Assembly (NCBI GenBank): GCA_045605785.1
Contig: JAZUQP010000002.1
Coordinates: forward strand, 38,378 to 102,377
DNA: 64,000 bases
From: Alistipes sp.
GTDB lineage: Bacteria; Bacteroidota; Bacteroidia; Bacteroidales; Rikenellaceae
Reading direction: 5' to 3'
In this document: positions 1 through 8,019 of the stretch, one piece after another
Position numbering within the stretch: the first letter of the stretch is position 1
How the letters are laid out: each line of letters opens with the position of its first letter
The notes under the pieces: generated by a model
The model's input: only the letters and a program-made list of their open reading frames with translations
The model's database searches: none
What the model was told of the DNA's origin: nothing
Made by a program: the position numbers and the translations under genes

Positions 1-210
1 CTTCCAATCCATGTTGGGCTCAATCGTAAGGGTGTACTCGCCACCCGAGGTGATATAGCCCTCGACCAAAGCGGGGAAGTTGGGCTTCTCGACCACGGGT
101 TTCTTGTCATCGGGATTCTCCACATCGTCCGACGAGGAGCAGCCCACAAAACCAATCAGGCTCATTGCAGCCATCATCGTGGCAGCATAGCGCAAAAGAC
201 TCTTTTTCAT
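1..210 (-). CDS. Lipoprotein of the SusC/SusD locus, N-terminal part only (runs off window edge)
   Basis: Manual translation: MKKSLLRYAATMMAAMSLIGFVGCSSSDDVENPDDKKPVVEKPNFPALVEGYITSGGEYTLTIEPNMDWK...; lipobox VGC; alternative start at 219; co-oriented downstream of the 247-1149 gene. Confidence 0.8.
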   Translation of the reverse strand, partial: MKKSLLRYAATMMAAMSLIGFVGCSSSDDVENPDDKKPVVEKPNFPALVEGYITSGGEYTLTIEPNMDWK

Positions 211-246
211 ATTTTTCATTTTTAATTATTTCACTAGGATAACTCG

Positions 247-1149
247 TTACATTCCGTCGGCACGCAAATCGGCAGCCTCCTCGTCGGAAATCCACTCCAT
301 CACATTGTAGAAGTGGCCTACGGTACCGACCATCTCGCCCAACTTCTCGACATAGACCTGCATCCAAAGCGTAGCAAAACGCTGGCAGGAGTTGAAGTAG
401 GAGTCGTTGGCAGGGCTCTCACAGGCCAGGATATGGTCATCACCCAAAATCTGGCCAAAGACCGAATGCTCGTCGGAGATAATCTGGTCGGGCATCTCGA
501 AACGGGGATTTGCCGGATCGGAGGCATCGAACGAGAAGATCACATCGTAGCCGTCGTAGAAGGCATCGCGCATGATGATGGTATTGGGCTCCGTGGGGTG
601 CAACTCGGTCTGAACCAGGCGCTGGTAGCTCGCGTTCATACCGGGATAGCTGTAGAGGTAGAGCGAGGTGAGCACGCACCAGCCCGTAAAGTTGTTCACA
701 TCGAACGGACAGCTCTTGTACATCACCACCTTGGTCTCGTTGTGAGCGGCATAGAGCTCCCACTTCAGGGCCTCGGGCATCACCAGACGCAGGCGGAAGC
801 CGAGCGAATCGGTATCCTCGAAGTGCTCATACAGCCCCTCTACCCTCACCTCGGTGGCGAGCTCTCCGGCCGGAATCGTTACGGTATTCTCCTTCAGGCG
901 GTAGTGGTAACCCTCGATGGCATTGCTGCCGGCATCGACCACCTCGACGCCGAAGGTGCGGTCGTAGTCTCGCGCCACGGTCGAGCTCAACGGCACGCTG
1001 AAGTAGTCGGCATCGCTCAACACCATGTGTGTGGAGAGCGTATCGGTGAAGATGACATACTCGGCATCCGAGTAGGTCGTATAGTGCTCTTCGCAGGCCG
1101 TAAAGGCGACTGCAAAGAGGAGCATTATATATAAGGTAAATCGTTTCAT
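247..1149 (-). CDS. Lipoprotein, DUF4984-like, SusC/SusD-associated
   Basis: Lipobox FTAC; EEHYTTYSDAEYV..DTL N-terminus resembles DUF4984 proteins as I recall them; directly downstream of SusD. Confidence 0.7.
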   Translation of the reverse strand: MKRFTLYIMLLFAVAFTACEEHYTTYSDAEYVIFTDTLSTHMVLSDADYFSVPLSSTVARDYDRTFGVEVVDAGSNAIEGYHYRLKENTVTIPAGELATEVRVEGLYEHFEDTDSLGFRLRLVMPEALKWELYAAHNETKVVMYKSCPFDVNNFTGWCVLTSLYLYSYPGMNASYQRLVQTELHPTEPNTIIMRDAFYDGYDVIFSFDASDPANPRFEMPDQIISDEHSVFGQILGDDHILACESPANDSYFNSCQRFATLWMQVYVEKLGEMVGTVGHFYNVMEWISDEEAADLRADGM

Positions 1150-1163
1150 AGCGCTATTTTCGA

Positions 1164-2708
1164 TTAACGGTTACTCTCGTTGGGTTGTACCTGCGAGCCG
1201 GGCGACTCGATCTCGTGCTGCGGGATGGGCCACACGAAGAGCGGATTGTCGAGGCTCACCTTCAACGAACTGCCCTCGTCGAGCGAATTGGACTGCGGGG
1301 TACGGGTGAAGCCCTCGCCATGCTTGTAGCTCTTGCCCCAACGCTTGTAGTCGTGCAGACGGAAGCCCTCCATATAGAGCTCGCGCACACGCTCCTCGGC
1401 GATGCGGTCGAGCCAATTGTCGGCCGTAAGAGCAATGCCGCCACCCGACTGATAACGCGATGCACGCAAGGTCGAGAGATCACGCTGCGCAGCCGAGTAG
1501 TCGGGCGTGGGGAGGTTGCAATAGGCCTCGGCACGAATCAGGTACTGCTCGGCCAGACGGAAGAGCTTGGGCATCGAGACATGGTAGAGGTAGTTCGACT
1601 CGATGAAGTTCACATTGCCGTAGTACTTCACCAACAGGGGCCAGGCCAGGCCGTGGTCGTAGCCCGTCTGTCCGTTGTAGAAGTAGCCGCCGTAGCGCAG
1701 GTCGCCGTCGTCGTAGAGGTTGAGCACCCACTGGGCCGGCACATAGTCGGGATAGAAGTAGGTAAAGTCGTTGTTGTAGTTCAGGAAGACCTGGCCGAGC
1801 GCACCCCCGTAGGAGGTGGTCGTAAAGCCGATACGGAAGATGATCTCCGAGCCCTCGTCGTAGAGCCACATATAGTCAAAATCGCTGTATTGGCTGTAGG
1901 TGGCGTAGTTCACGCTCTGCAGAGCGAAGGCTTTGTTCGGGTGGTCGATCAGGCGCGTCGAGTAGTCGATGGCCGCCTCCCAATCCTGCATATAGAGGGC
2001 TACACGCGCATGCAGGGCACAGACGGCGGCATGGGTAAAGAAGACGGCACCGTAGTAGTCTTCGTCGGCATGGAGGCGCTCCTCGGCCTCGGCCAAATCC
2101 TCCAGCACGAAGAGGTAGCTGTCGTAGAGCGAGCTACGCGTCAGAGGCTCGGGGGTCGAGAACTTCGTACGAATCACCACACCCAGCTCATCTTTGGCCG
2201 TGGCGGGGTCGTAGGCCTTGCAATAGCACTTCAGAAGCTCCGTATAGCAGAGGGCACGGATGGCGTGAATCTCACCCGTATAGATATCGAGCGTGGCGAT
2301 GGCCTCGTCGTCGATGAGCGAGCCACGCACACGGGGCACACGCTCCAGGTAGAAGTTACAGTTCGAGATGACCGAATAGAGGGCCGCATAGACGCTCTCG
2401 ATTTCGGAGGTGGTGGGGCGAATATCCCACTGCCAAATCGAGCCGTAGGTATTGGAGTAACCATCGATGGCATAGACCAGGTCGGTCTGCAGGTCGGGCA
2501 GGATGGTGAGGGCCCCACTCCACAGTGCGCTGCTCTTGAGCTGGGCATAGATACCCACCAGGGTCTGCTCCGCATCGTTGAAGGTCTGCATCGCCTCCTG
2601 TTGCAGAATGGCCGAGCCGGGCTCCTTGTCCAGGCAGGAGGTCGTAAGCGTTGCAACGGCAAAAAGCGTTGCAATCGACATCATATAGCGATTAAAAATC
2701 TTCATCAT
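1164..2708 (-). CDS. RagB/SusD family nutrient-uptake lipoprotein
   Basis: Lipobox TSC; SusD motifs (RALCYTELLK, FRLAEQYLIRAEA, ERVRELYMEGFRLHDYKRWG, WPIPQHE); follows SusC. Confidence 0.95.
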   Translation of the reverse strand: MMKIFNRYMMSIATLFAVATLTTSCLDKEPGSAILQQEAMQTFNDAEQTLVGIYAQLKSSALWSGALTILPDLQTDLVYAIDGYSNTYGSIWQWDIRPTTSEIESVYAALYSVISNCNFYLERVPRVRGSLIDDEAIATLDIYTGEIHAIRALCYTELLKCYCKAYDPATAKDELGVVIRTKFSTPEPLTRSSLYDSYLFVLEDLAEAEERLHADEDYYGAVFFTHAAVCALHARVALYMQDWEAAIDYSTRLIDHPNKAFALQSVNYATYSQYSDFDYMWLYDEGSEIIFRIGFTTTSYGGALGQVFLNYNNDFTYFYPDYVPAQWVLNLYDDGDLRYGGYFYNGQTGYDHGLAWPLLVKYYGNVNFIESNYLYHVSMPKLFRLAEQYLIRAEAYCNLPTPDYSAAQRDLSTLRASRYQSGGGIALTADNWLDRIAEERVRELYMEGFRLHDYKRWGKSYKHGEGFTRTPQSNSLDEGSSLKVSLDNPLFVWPIPQHEIESPGSQVQPNESNR

Positions 2709-2714
2709 GGCGCA

Positions 2715-5669
2715 TTAGAAAGTTAAGTCAAGACCGAAGGTGAACTGGCGCGACATGGGATACTGTGCCGCATATACATTGGCCGTACCCTCGGGGTCGA
2801 GACCCGAGAAGTTGGTAAAGGTGAGCAGGTTCTGGGCCTGGGCATAGATGCGTAAACCGCTGAATACACGGCTGCGCTTGATCCAGTCGGAGGGCACCGT
2901 GTAGCTCAACATCACATTCTTCAGACGCAGGAACGAGGCATCCTCCAGGAGACGGTCGTCGAACTCGGTATAGACGCCGTGGCGCGGAATGTCGGTGACA
3001 TCGCCCGGCTTTCGCCAACGCTCCAACAGACGGCGCGACTGGTTATAGGAGGCGAAGCGTCCGTTCGACTCGTCGAAGTAGCGGTCGTTGTTGAGCATCC
3101 AACGGTCGGCCACCCAGCTGAATTGGGCGCTGAGCGAGAGGCCGTTCCAGGTAAGGGCCGTGCCGAAACCGCCCGACCAGGGGGCGATGTAGGTTTTGCC
3201 GACCAGCACCTTGTCGTCGTCGCGCAACTCGGTGGTCAGATTCCCCTCCTTGTCGTACCACAGGGCATCACCGTTGGCGGGATTGACACCGGCGTAGCGG
3301 TTGATGTAGAACTCACCGAGCGGGTGACCCACCACCAGCTTGGTATTGGTGCCCGAGCGCTCGTACTCCTGCACACCGTTGTAGAGCTCCGTGATTTTGT
3401 TGTGGTTGTAGCCCACATTGGCATTGACCGTCCAGAGGAACTTCTTGGTGGCGATGAGCGTAGCGTTCAGGTTGAGCTCGATACCCTTATTGACCATCGT
3501 ACCCACATTGTCCCAATAGTAGCCGTAACCGAGGTCGGAGTAGGCCTGGGGCACCTGCATCAACATGTCGGAGGTCTGCTTGTAGTAGAACTCCAAATCG
3601 AGGTTGAGGCGATTCCAGAAGCCGACATGGAGGGCGAGGTTCGAGGTCCAGGGCTTCTCCCACCCCAGCTCCTCGTTGCCGGGCTGCATCAGCCCCACAC
3701 CCGAGTTGCCGACATAGTCCAGGCCGCCGCCCACCAGGGCCAGGTGCTCGTAGTTGGGAATCGACGAGTTACCCGAGGTACCGGTCGAAATCGAGACCTG
3801 GGCATTGGTCAGCCAGCGCGAAGCCGACTCCGTAAAGCGCTCGTTGCGCAGATTCCACATGAAGCCGAGCGACCAGAAACCGGCCCAACGACGCGACGAA
3901 CCGAAGCGCGACGAGCCGTCGGCACGGGCTGCCGCCTCCACAAAGTAGCGATTCTCGTAGTTATACTCGGCACGCGCAAAGAACGAAAGGAAACCGTAGT
4001 CCGAGTCGGTGGTATCGCCCCACGAGGTGGCTCGTGTACCGGTGGAGATGTTGGTCAGAAAGTCGTTGGTCTGACCCGAGGTGCGCACCGAGAAGGCCTC
4101 GTAGTGGTACTCGACACCCTCGTGGCCCAACAGGAAGTTGAAGTTGTGCTTCAGGTTGTCGAGCGAGAAGGTGTAGTTGGCCGTATTGGTGCTGGTGAGG
4201 GTGTAGCTGTCGGTCGTGGAGCGCGACGCACTACCCTGCCCCTGGTTGGGCATGTAGCTCGGGTAGGAGAGGCCGAAACCGGTGGTGTGGGCGTAGTCGA
4301 TACCGAGCTGGGAGCGCAGCGTAAGCCCCTCGATGGGGGTTGCCTCGGCAAAGAGGGTCGAGAGGAGCTTGTACTTCTTGTAGGTGACGGGGTTATTGGC
4401 AAGCCACTCCAGGGGGTTTTGACCCGTACCCTGCCACGAGCCGTCGGAGAGCGACGCGAGCGAGCCGTCGGCCTTGTAGGGGCTCCAATAGGGCATCATG
4501 AAGCGGGCTGCCGAGATGGGGGTTACAAGCGTATAGGCACCCTCGTCGGCCTGTTCGATATTCTGGTAGTTGAGCATCGTGCTGGTACCCACCTTGAGCC
4601 ACTTTGCCGCCTTCTGCTCCACATTGGCACGCAGCGAGTAGCGCTCGAACATCGAGCCCACGGCCGTACCGTCCTGGCTGTAGAAGCCGCCCGAGAGGTA
4701 GTAGTTGGTATTCTCGTCGGCACCCGAGACCGAGATTTCGTAGTTCTGCAACAGGGCTGCGGCGTTGAACACCTCCTCCGACCAATTGACATCGGTCTTG
4801 CTCAAGAGGTTGTAGTCCTGCCCCTCGGTAAGGCCGATCTCCTTCTCGTATTGGATACGCTCGGCGGTGTTCATCAAGTCCCACTTCTCGCTGTTGGCAA
4901 TCTGCGAGAAACCGAGCTGCATGCGGTAGTCGATGCGGGGGCGCTCGGCCTTACGACCGCGCTTGGTCTGAATCACAATCACACCGTTGGCGGCACGGGC
5001 ACCATAGATCGAGGTCGAGGCGGCATCCTTGAGGACCGTCAGCGACTCGATATCGGCCGGATTGATGGTGTTGAAGTCGCTGGCCGAGATGGGCACACCG
5101 TCCAGGATGTAGAGGGGAGCCGTTCCCGAGTTGATGGAGTTGGTACCGCGGATGGTCATCGTCGCCGAGGCGCTCGGCTCGCCCGTGTTGGAGAGGACGG
5201 TAAGGCCGGCCACCTGACCCTGCAAGGCCTGGTCGAAGGCTGCCGTGGGGGTCGTCTCGATCTTTTCGGACTTCACCGAGGAGACCGAGCCCGCCACCGT
5301 ATTCTTCTTGCGGACACCGTAGGCGATTACCACCACATCCTCCACCAGCTCCGCCTCGGGCTGCATCTCAAGGTCGAATCTGACCTCTCTCTTTCCCGAG
5401 GGGATGGTCCACTCCACGGTCGAGAAGCCGAGGTATTGGAACGAAAGGGTTGAGCCGGCCGGAGCCGTAATGGTGTAGGTACCATCCCAAAGGGTGCTCA
5501 CACCATTCATCGCATCGGCAACGACAGCCACGCCGATAAGCGGTTGCTTATCTTCGGCCGAGGTTACCGTTCCGCTCACCGTAACACGCTCCTGGGCCCT
5601 CGCCACAAAGGGGAGGAGCAACACGAGCGAGAGCACGGCAAGCAATCGTAGGGTTAGTGTTCTCTGCAT
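2715..5669 (-). CDS. SusC/RagA family TonB-dependent outer-membrane transporter
   Basis: RGTNSINSGTAPLYILDG, DIESLTVLKDAASTSIYGARAANGVIVI, C-terminal YPMSRQFTFGLDLTF; start moved to MQRTLTL (5669), where the signal peptide begins. Confidence 0.95.
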   Translation of the reverse strand: MQRTLTLRLLAVLSLVLLLPFVARAQERVTVSGTVTSAEDKQPLIGVAVVADAMNGVSTLWDGTYTITAPAGSTLSFQYLGFSTVEWTIPSGKREVRFDLEMQPEAELVEDVVVIAYGVRKKNTVAGSVSSVKSEKIETTPTAAFDQALQGQVAGLTVLSNTGEPSASATMTIRGTNSINSGTAPLYILDGVPISASDFNTINPADIESLTVLKDAASTSIYGARAANGVIVIQTKRGRKAERPRIDYRMQLGFSQIANSEKWDLMNTAERIQYEKEIGLTEGQDYNLLSKTDVNWSEEVFNAAALLQNYEISVSGADENTNYYLSGGFYSQDGTAVGSMFERYSLRANVEQKAAKWLKVGTSTMLNYQNIEQADEGAYTLVTPISAARFMMPYWSPYKADGSLASLSDGSWQGTGQNPLEWLANNPVTYKKYKLLSTLFAEATPIEGLTLRSQLGIDYAHTTGFGLSYPSYMPNQGQGSASRSTTDSYTLTSTNTANYTFSLDNLKHNFNFLLGHEGVEYHYEAFSVRTSGQTNDFLTNISTGTRATSWGDTTDSDYGFLSFFARAEYNYENRYFVEAAARADGSSRFGSSRRWAGFWSLGFMWNLRNERFTESASRWLTNAQVSISTGTSGNSSIPNYEHLALVGGGLDYVGNSGVGLMQPGNEELGWEKPWTSNLALHVGFWNRLNLDLEFYYKQTSDMLMQVPQAYSDLGYGYYWDNVGTMVNKGIELNLNATLIATKKFLWTVNANVGYNHNKITELYNGVQEYERSGTNTKLVVGHPLGEFYINRYAGVNPANGDALWYDKEGNLTTELRDDDKVLVGKTYIAPWSGGFGTALTWNGLSLSAQFSWVADRWMLNNDRYFDESNGRFASYNQSRRLLERWRKPGDVTDIPRHGVYTEFDDRLLEDASFLRLKNVMLSYTVPSDWIKRSRVFSGLRIYAQAQNLLTFTNFSGLDPEGTANVYAAQYPMSRQFTFGLDLTF

Positions 5670-5828
5670 AGTTTTAAGTTTGCAACATATATTCCGCGCA
5701 AAATAAGGAAAAAAAGAGAGAAGAACAAAACTATTCGAGGATAAAAAGATTAACAATGAACTAAATTTTCGGGCCTATTGAGTCGAAAGGGCCCCACGAT
5801 GGCCCAAGTGCGCGACGAAAAGGGGGAG

Positions 5829-5912
5829 GGCGTTACCCCGTTACAGCATTACGGGGGGCGTAACGACTGTAACGAGTGTAACGGCTGTAACAAGTGTAAT
5901 GGGTGTAACGGA
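5829..5912. repeat. Left composite array: 3 x 8-bp GTTAC units then 6 x 9-bp GTAAC units
   Basis: GTTAC/ATTAC at 5832, 5840, 5848 (8-bp period); GTAAC/GTAAT at 5860, 5869, 5878, 5887, 5896, 5905 (exact 9-bp period). Confidence 0.95.
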
Positions 5913-5967
5913 AGGACGGCAGAGGAGGGGGTATTACCAAAAAAATAAATAATTTAATCGAAAAGGC

Positions 5968-5998
5968 TTGACAAAGGGCCTTTGATGTATTATATTTG
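5968..5998 (+). promoter_or_regulatory. Promoter for the ATPase gene with an internal palindrome
   Basis: TATATTTG (5991-5998) fits the Bacteroidota -7 consensus TAnnTTTG; TTGACA-N17-TATATT also present; palindrome CAAAGG-G-CCTTTG at 5972-5984. Confidence 0.65.
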
Positions 5999-6246
5999 CA
6001 CCATCAACGGGGCCGAATCATCCGGAAAGTCCCTATCCCCACCTTACGACAGAGAGCACTCCGTATAATGATATAGAGATATGTTATTATATAGGTGTAT
6101 AGCGAGTTATATATAACTATATAAAGTTATTTATAGCTATGCACAGGGCTATCCGCATCGCACGACACGCCACCCTGCAGAGGCGCTTCGGGATGGATTA
6201 CCGCAAAGAGAGAGATTTACATTAACCTAATTAAATTATTTATCTT

Positions 6247-7350
6247 ATGGATTACAAGACCTTTCGTGAGCAGCAACCTGCCAACCGTATCTTCAGTCAA
6301 GTTCTCGAGGAGCACCACACCTGGGAGGAGGAGGTGCGTCGCAGGGAGGATTTCCACACCTACTTGGTCGATATCAAGCAAGAGCTGACCCCCTCGGTTG
6401 CCATCCTCTCGTTGGAGGGGGTGGGGATTGCCACCGAGGGGAACATATCGGCCGTGGTGGGCGAGGCGAAGTCGAAGAAGACCTTTCTCTGCACGGGCCT
6501 CGTGAGCGGCCTGCTCAACCGCCACAACGAGCGCGTGTTGGGCTCCGACCCGCGCCCTGCGACCTCCGTGCTGTGGATTGATACCGAGCAGTCGATGACG
6601 CATGTCCAATTTACGGCTCGGCGTATTCACCTGCTGGCGGGCTACGACATGGAGCAGAACTGCGAGCAGTTCCGCATGTTGGCCCTACGCGAGATTGAGC
6701 CCAAGATGCGTGCCAAGATGCTCTTCGAGGCGATCGAGGAGTGGAAGCCCCGTCTGGTGGTCATCGACGGCATCAGCGACCTGCTCTACAACACGAACGA
6801 CCTGGAGGAGAGCGAGAAGCTCGTTACGATGCTCATGCGCACCTCGTCGCGCCTGAAGAACCACATCCTCGTGGTACTCCACACCAACCCCAACTCCGAC
6901 AAGGCACGCGGCCACATCGGGTCGGCTCTGCAACGCAAGGCGGAGAGCGTAATCTATGTCCGTAAGGCGGGGGATTGTTCGATTGTCGAGCCGCAGTTCT
7001 GCCGCAACGAGCCCTTCGAGCGCTTTGCCTTCCGCATCAACGCCGACGGGTTGCCCGAGAGCTGTCCCGTACCCGAGGAGGCAACGCCCGGATCCGCCTC
7101 CTACGACGATGTGCGTCAGGCGGTTATCTCGCTGGGGCAGGTGTTGGTCAATCGTTCGCTCGTGTTAAGCAAAATTGCCGAGCTGCGCGGCTGTTCGCCC
7201 GCCACAGCTCGTGTGCGCCTGCACCGCGCCCTGCAACGAGGCACGGTGTGCGAATCGGGCGAGGGGCTTATCTCCGTTACATCTGTTACACCCGTTACAC
7301 CTGTTACACCCGTTACACCCGTACACGCCTGTAACGCTGTAACGCCGTAA
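6247..7350 (+). CDS. AAA_25/RecA-DnaB-like ATPase (helicase-like) with a putative C-terminal winged HTH; no primase/toprim domain seen
   Basis: Walker A GEAKSKKT, WIDTEQS, Walker B LVVIDGISDL, VLHTNPNSDKARGHIGSALQRKAE, typical of Bacteroidota mobile-element ATPases; C-terminal LVLSKIAELRGCSPATARVRLHRAL looks HTH-like. Confidence 0.8.
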   Translation: MDYKTFREQQPANRIFSQVLEEHHTWEEEVRRREDFHTYLVDIKQELTPSVAILSLEGVGIATEGNISAVVGEAKSKKTFLCTGLVSGLLNRHNERVLGSDPRPATSVLWIDTEQSMTHVQFTARRIHLLAGYDMEQNCEQFRMLALREIEPKMRAKMLFEAIEEWKPRLVVIDGISDLLYNTNDLEESEKLVTMLMRTSSRLKNHILVVLHTNPNSDKARGHIGSALQRKAESVIYVRKAGDCSIVEPQFCRNEPFERFAFRINADGLPESCPVPEEATPGSASYDDVRQAVISLGQVLVNRSLVLSKIAELRGCSPATARVRLHRALQRGTVCESGEGLISVTSVTPVTPVTPVTPVHACNAVTP

Positions 7351-7351
7351 T
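7273..7351. repeat. Right composite array, inverted relative to the left one and overlapping the ATPase 3' end
   Basis: GTTAC at 7276, 7285, 7294, 7303, 7312 plus degenerate GTAC at 7321 (9-bp period); GTAAC/GTAAT at 7331, 7339, 7347 (8-bp period). Confidence 0.95.
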
Positions 7352-7382
7352 CAATGGGCTGGAGTCGGTAGGCGGAAATCAA

Positions 7383-8009
7383 TTAGAAACTGTGCATCCA
7401 CACCTTCACCCGATCGAATCGTCGGTTGCGCAGGTTGCCCGGACGAATCAGGAAGTGGAGCATCCCCGAGTCGAAGAAGCGGAGGTTCCAGCGATCCTCC
7501 TCGTCGAGCTGCAGGAGCGAGAGCATCCCCTCGCACTCCCACTCCACCTCGTCGAAGTAGGGGCGGCCGAGCAGCTTCTGACCGTCGGCCTTCTCCTCGA
7601 CCTCCGAGAAGGTTATCCTCTCAACAGGCAGCGTGGCGGGCGAGCCATCCTCATAATAGACCTCGTGGGTATGCAGGTCGCTGCAATCGGGGGCGTAGAG
7701 CACACGGAAGCTCTCTTTGGGCCAGGCGCCCATCCCCTCGCAGTCGCCCTCGTCGTCGCCCAGGAAGTAGTCGATGTCGGCGAAGAAGTAGAGCATCCCC
7801 TTGTGGGGCAGGAGCCCCTCGGGGTCGAGGGCAGCGATCTCCTCCAAACGAATCTGACAGATGAAGGTGAGGGTATCCTCCCTACCCTCTTCGTCGGCCT
7901 CCCCGCAGCAGGGGTAGCTCATTCCCAAAGGGAGGTCGGGGAATCCCCAAAAGTGGCTCTGACCAAAGAGGTCGTCGTGGGTGGGTTCGGTAGTAATACG
8001 GATAGCCAT
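7383..8009 (-). CDS. YwqG/DUF1963 family protein
   Basis: FWGFPDLP, FICQIRLEEI, LLPHKGMLYFF, KLLGRP, LLQLD, FFDSGMLHFLI..L..RRFD motifs. Confidence 0.85.
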   Translation of the reverse strand: MAIRITTEPTHDDLFGQSHFWGFPDLPLGMSYPCCGEADEEGREDTLTFICQIRLEEIAALDPEGLLPHKGMLYFFADIDYFLGDDEGDCEGMGAWPKESFRVLYAPDCSDLHTHEVYYEDGSPATLPVERITFSEVEEKADGQKLLGRPYFDEVEWECEGMLSLLQLDEEDRWNLRFFDSGMLHFLIRPGNLRNRRFDRVKVWMHSF

Positions 8010-8019
8010 AACTCAACAT

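Noticed and set aside
5829-5912. Left array as the 3' end of a minus-strand gene or as a CRISPR array
   Set aside because: The VT-repeat frame is closed by a TAA just upstream with no start; 8-9-bp units without spacers are not CRISPR
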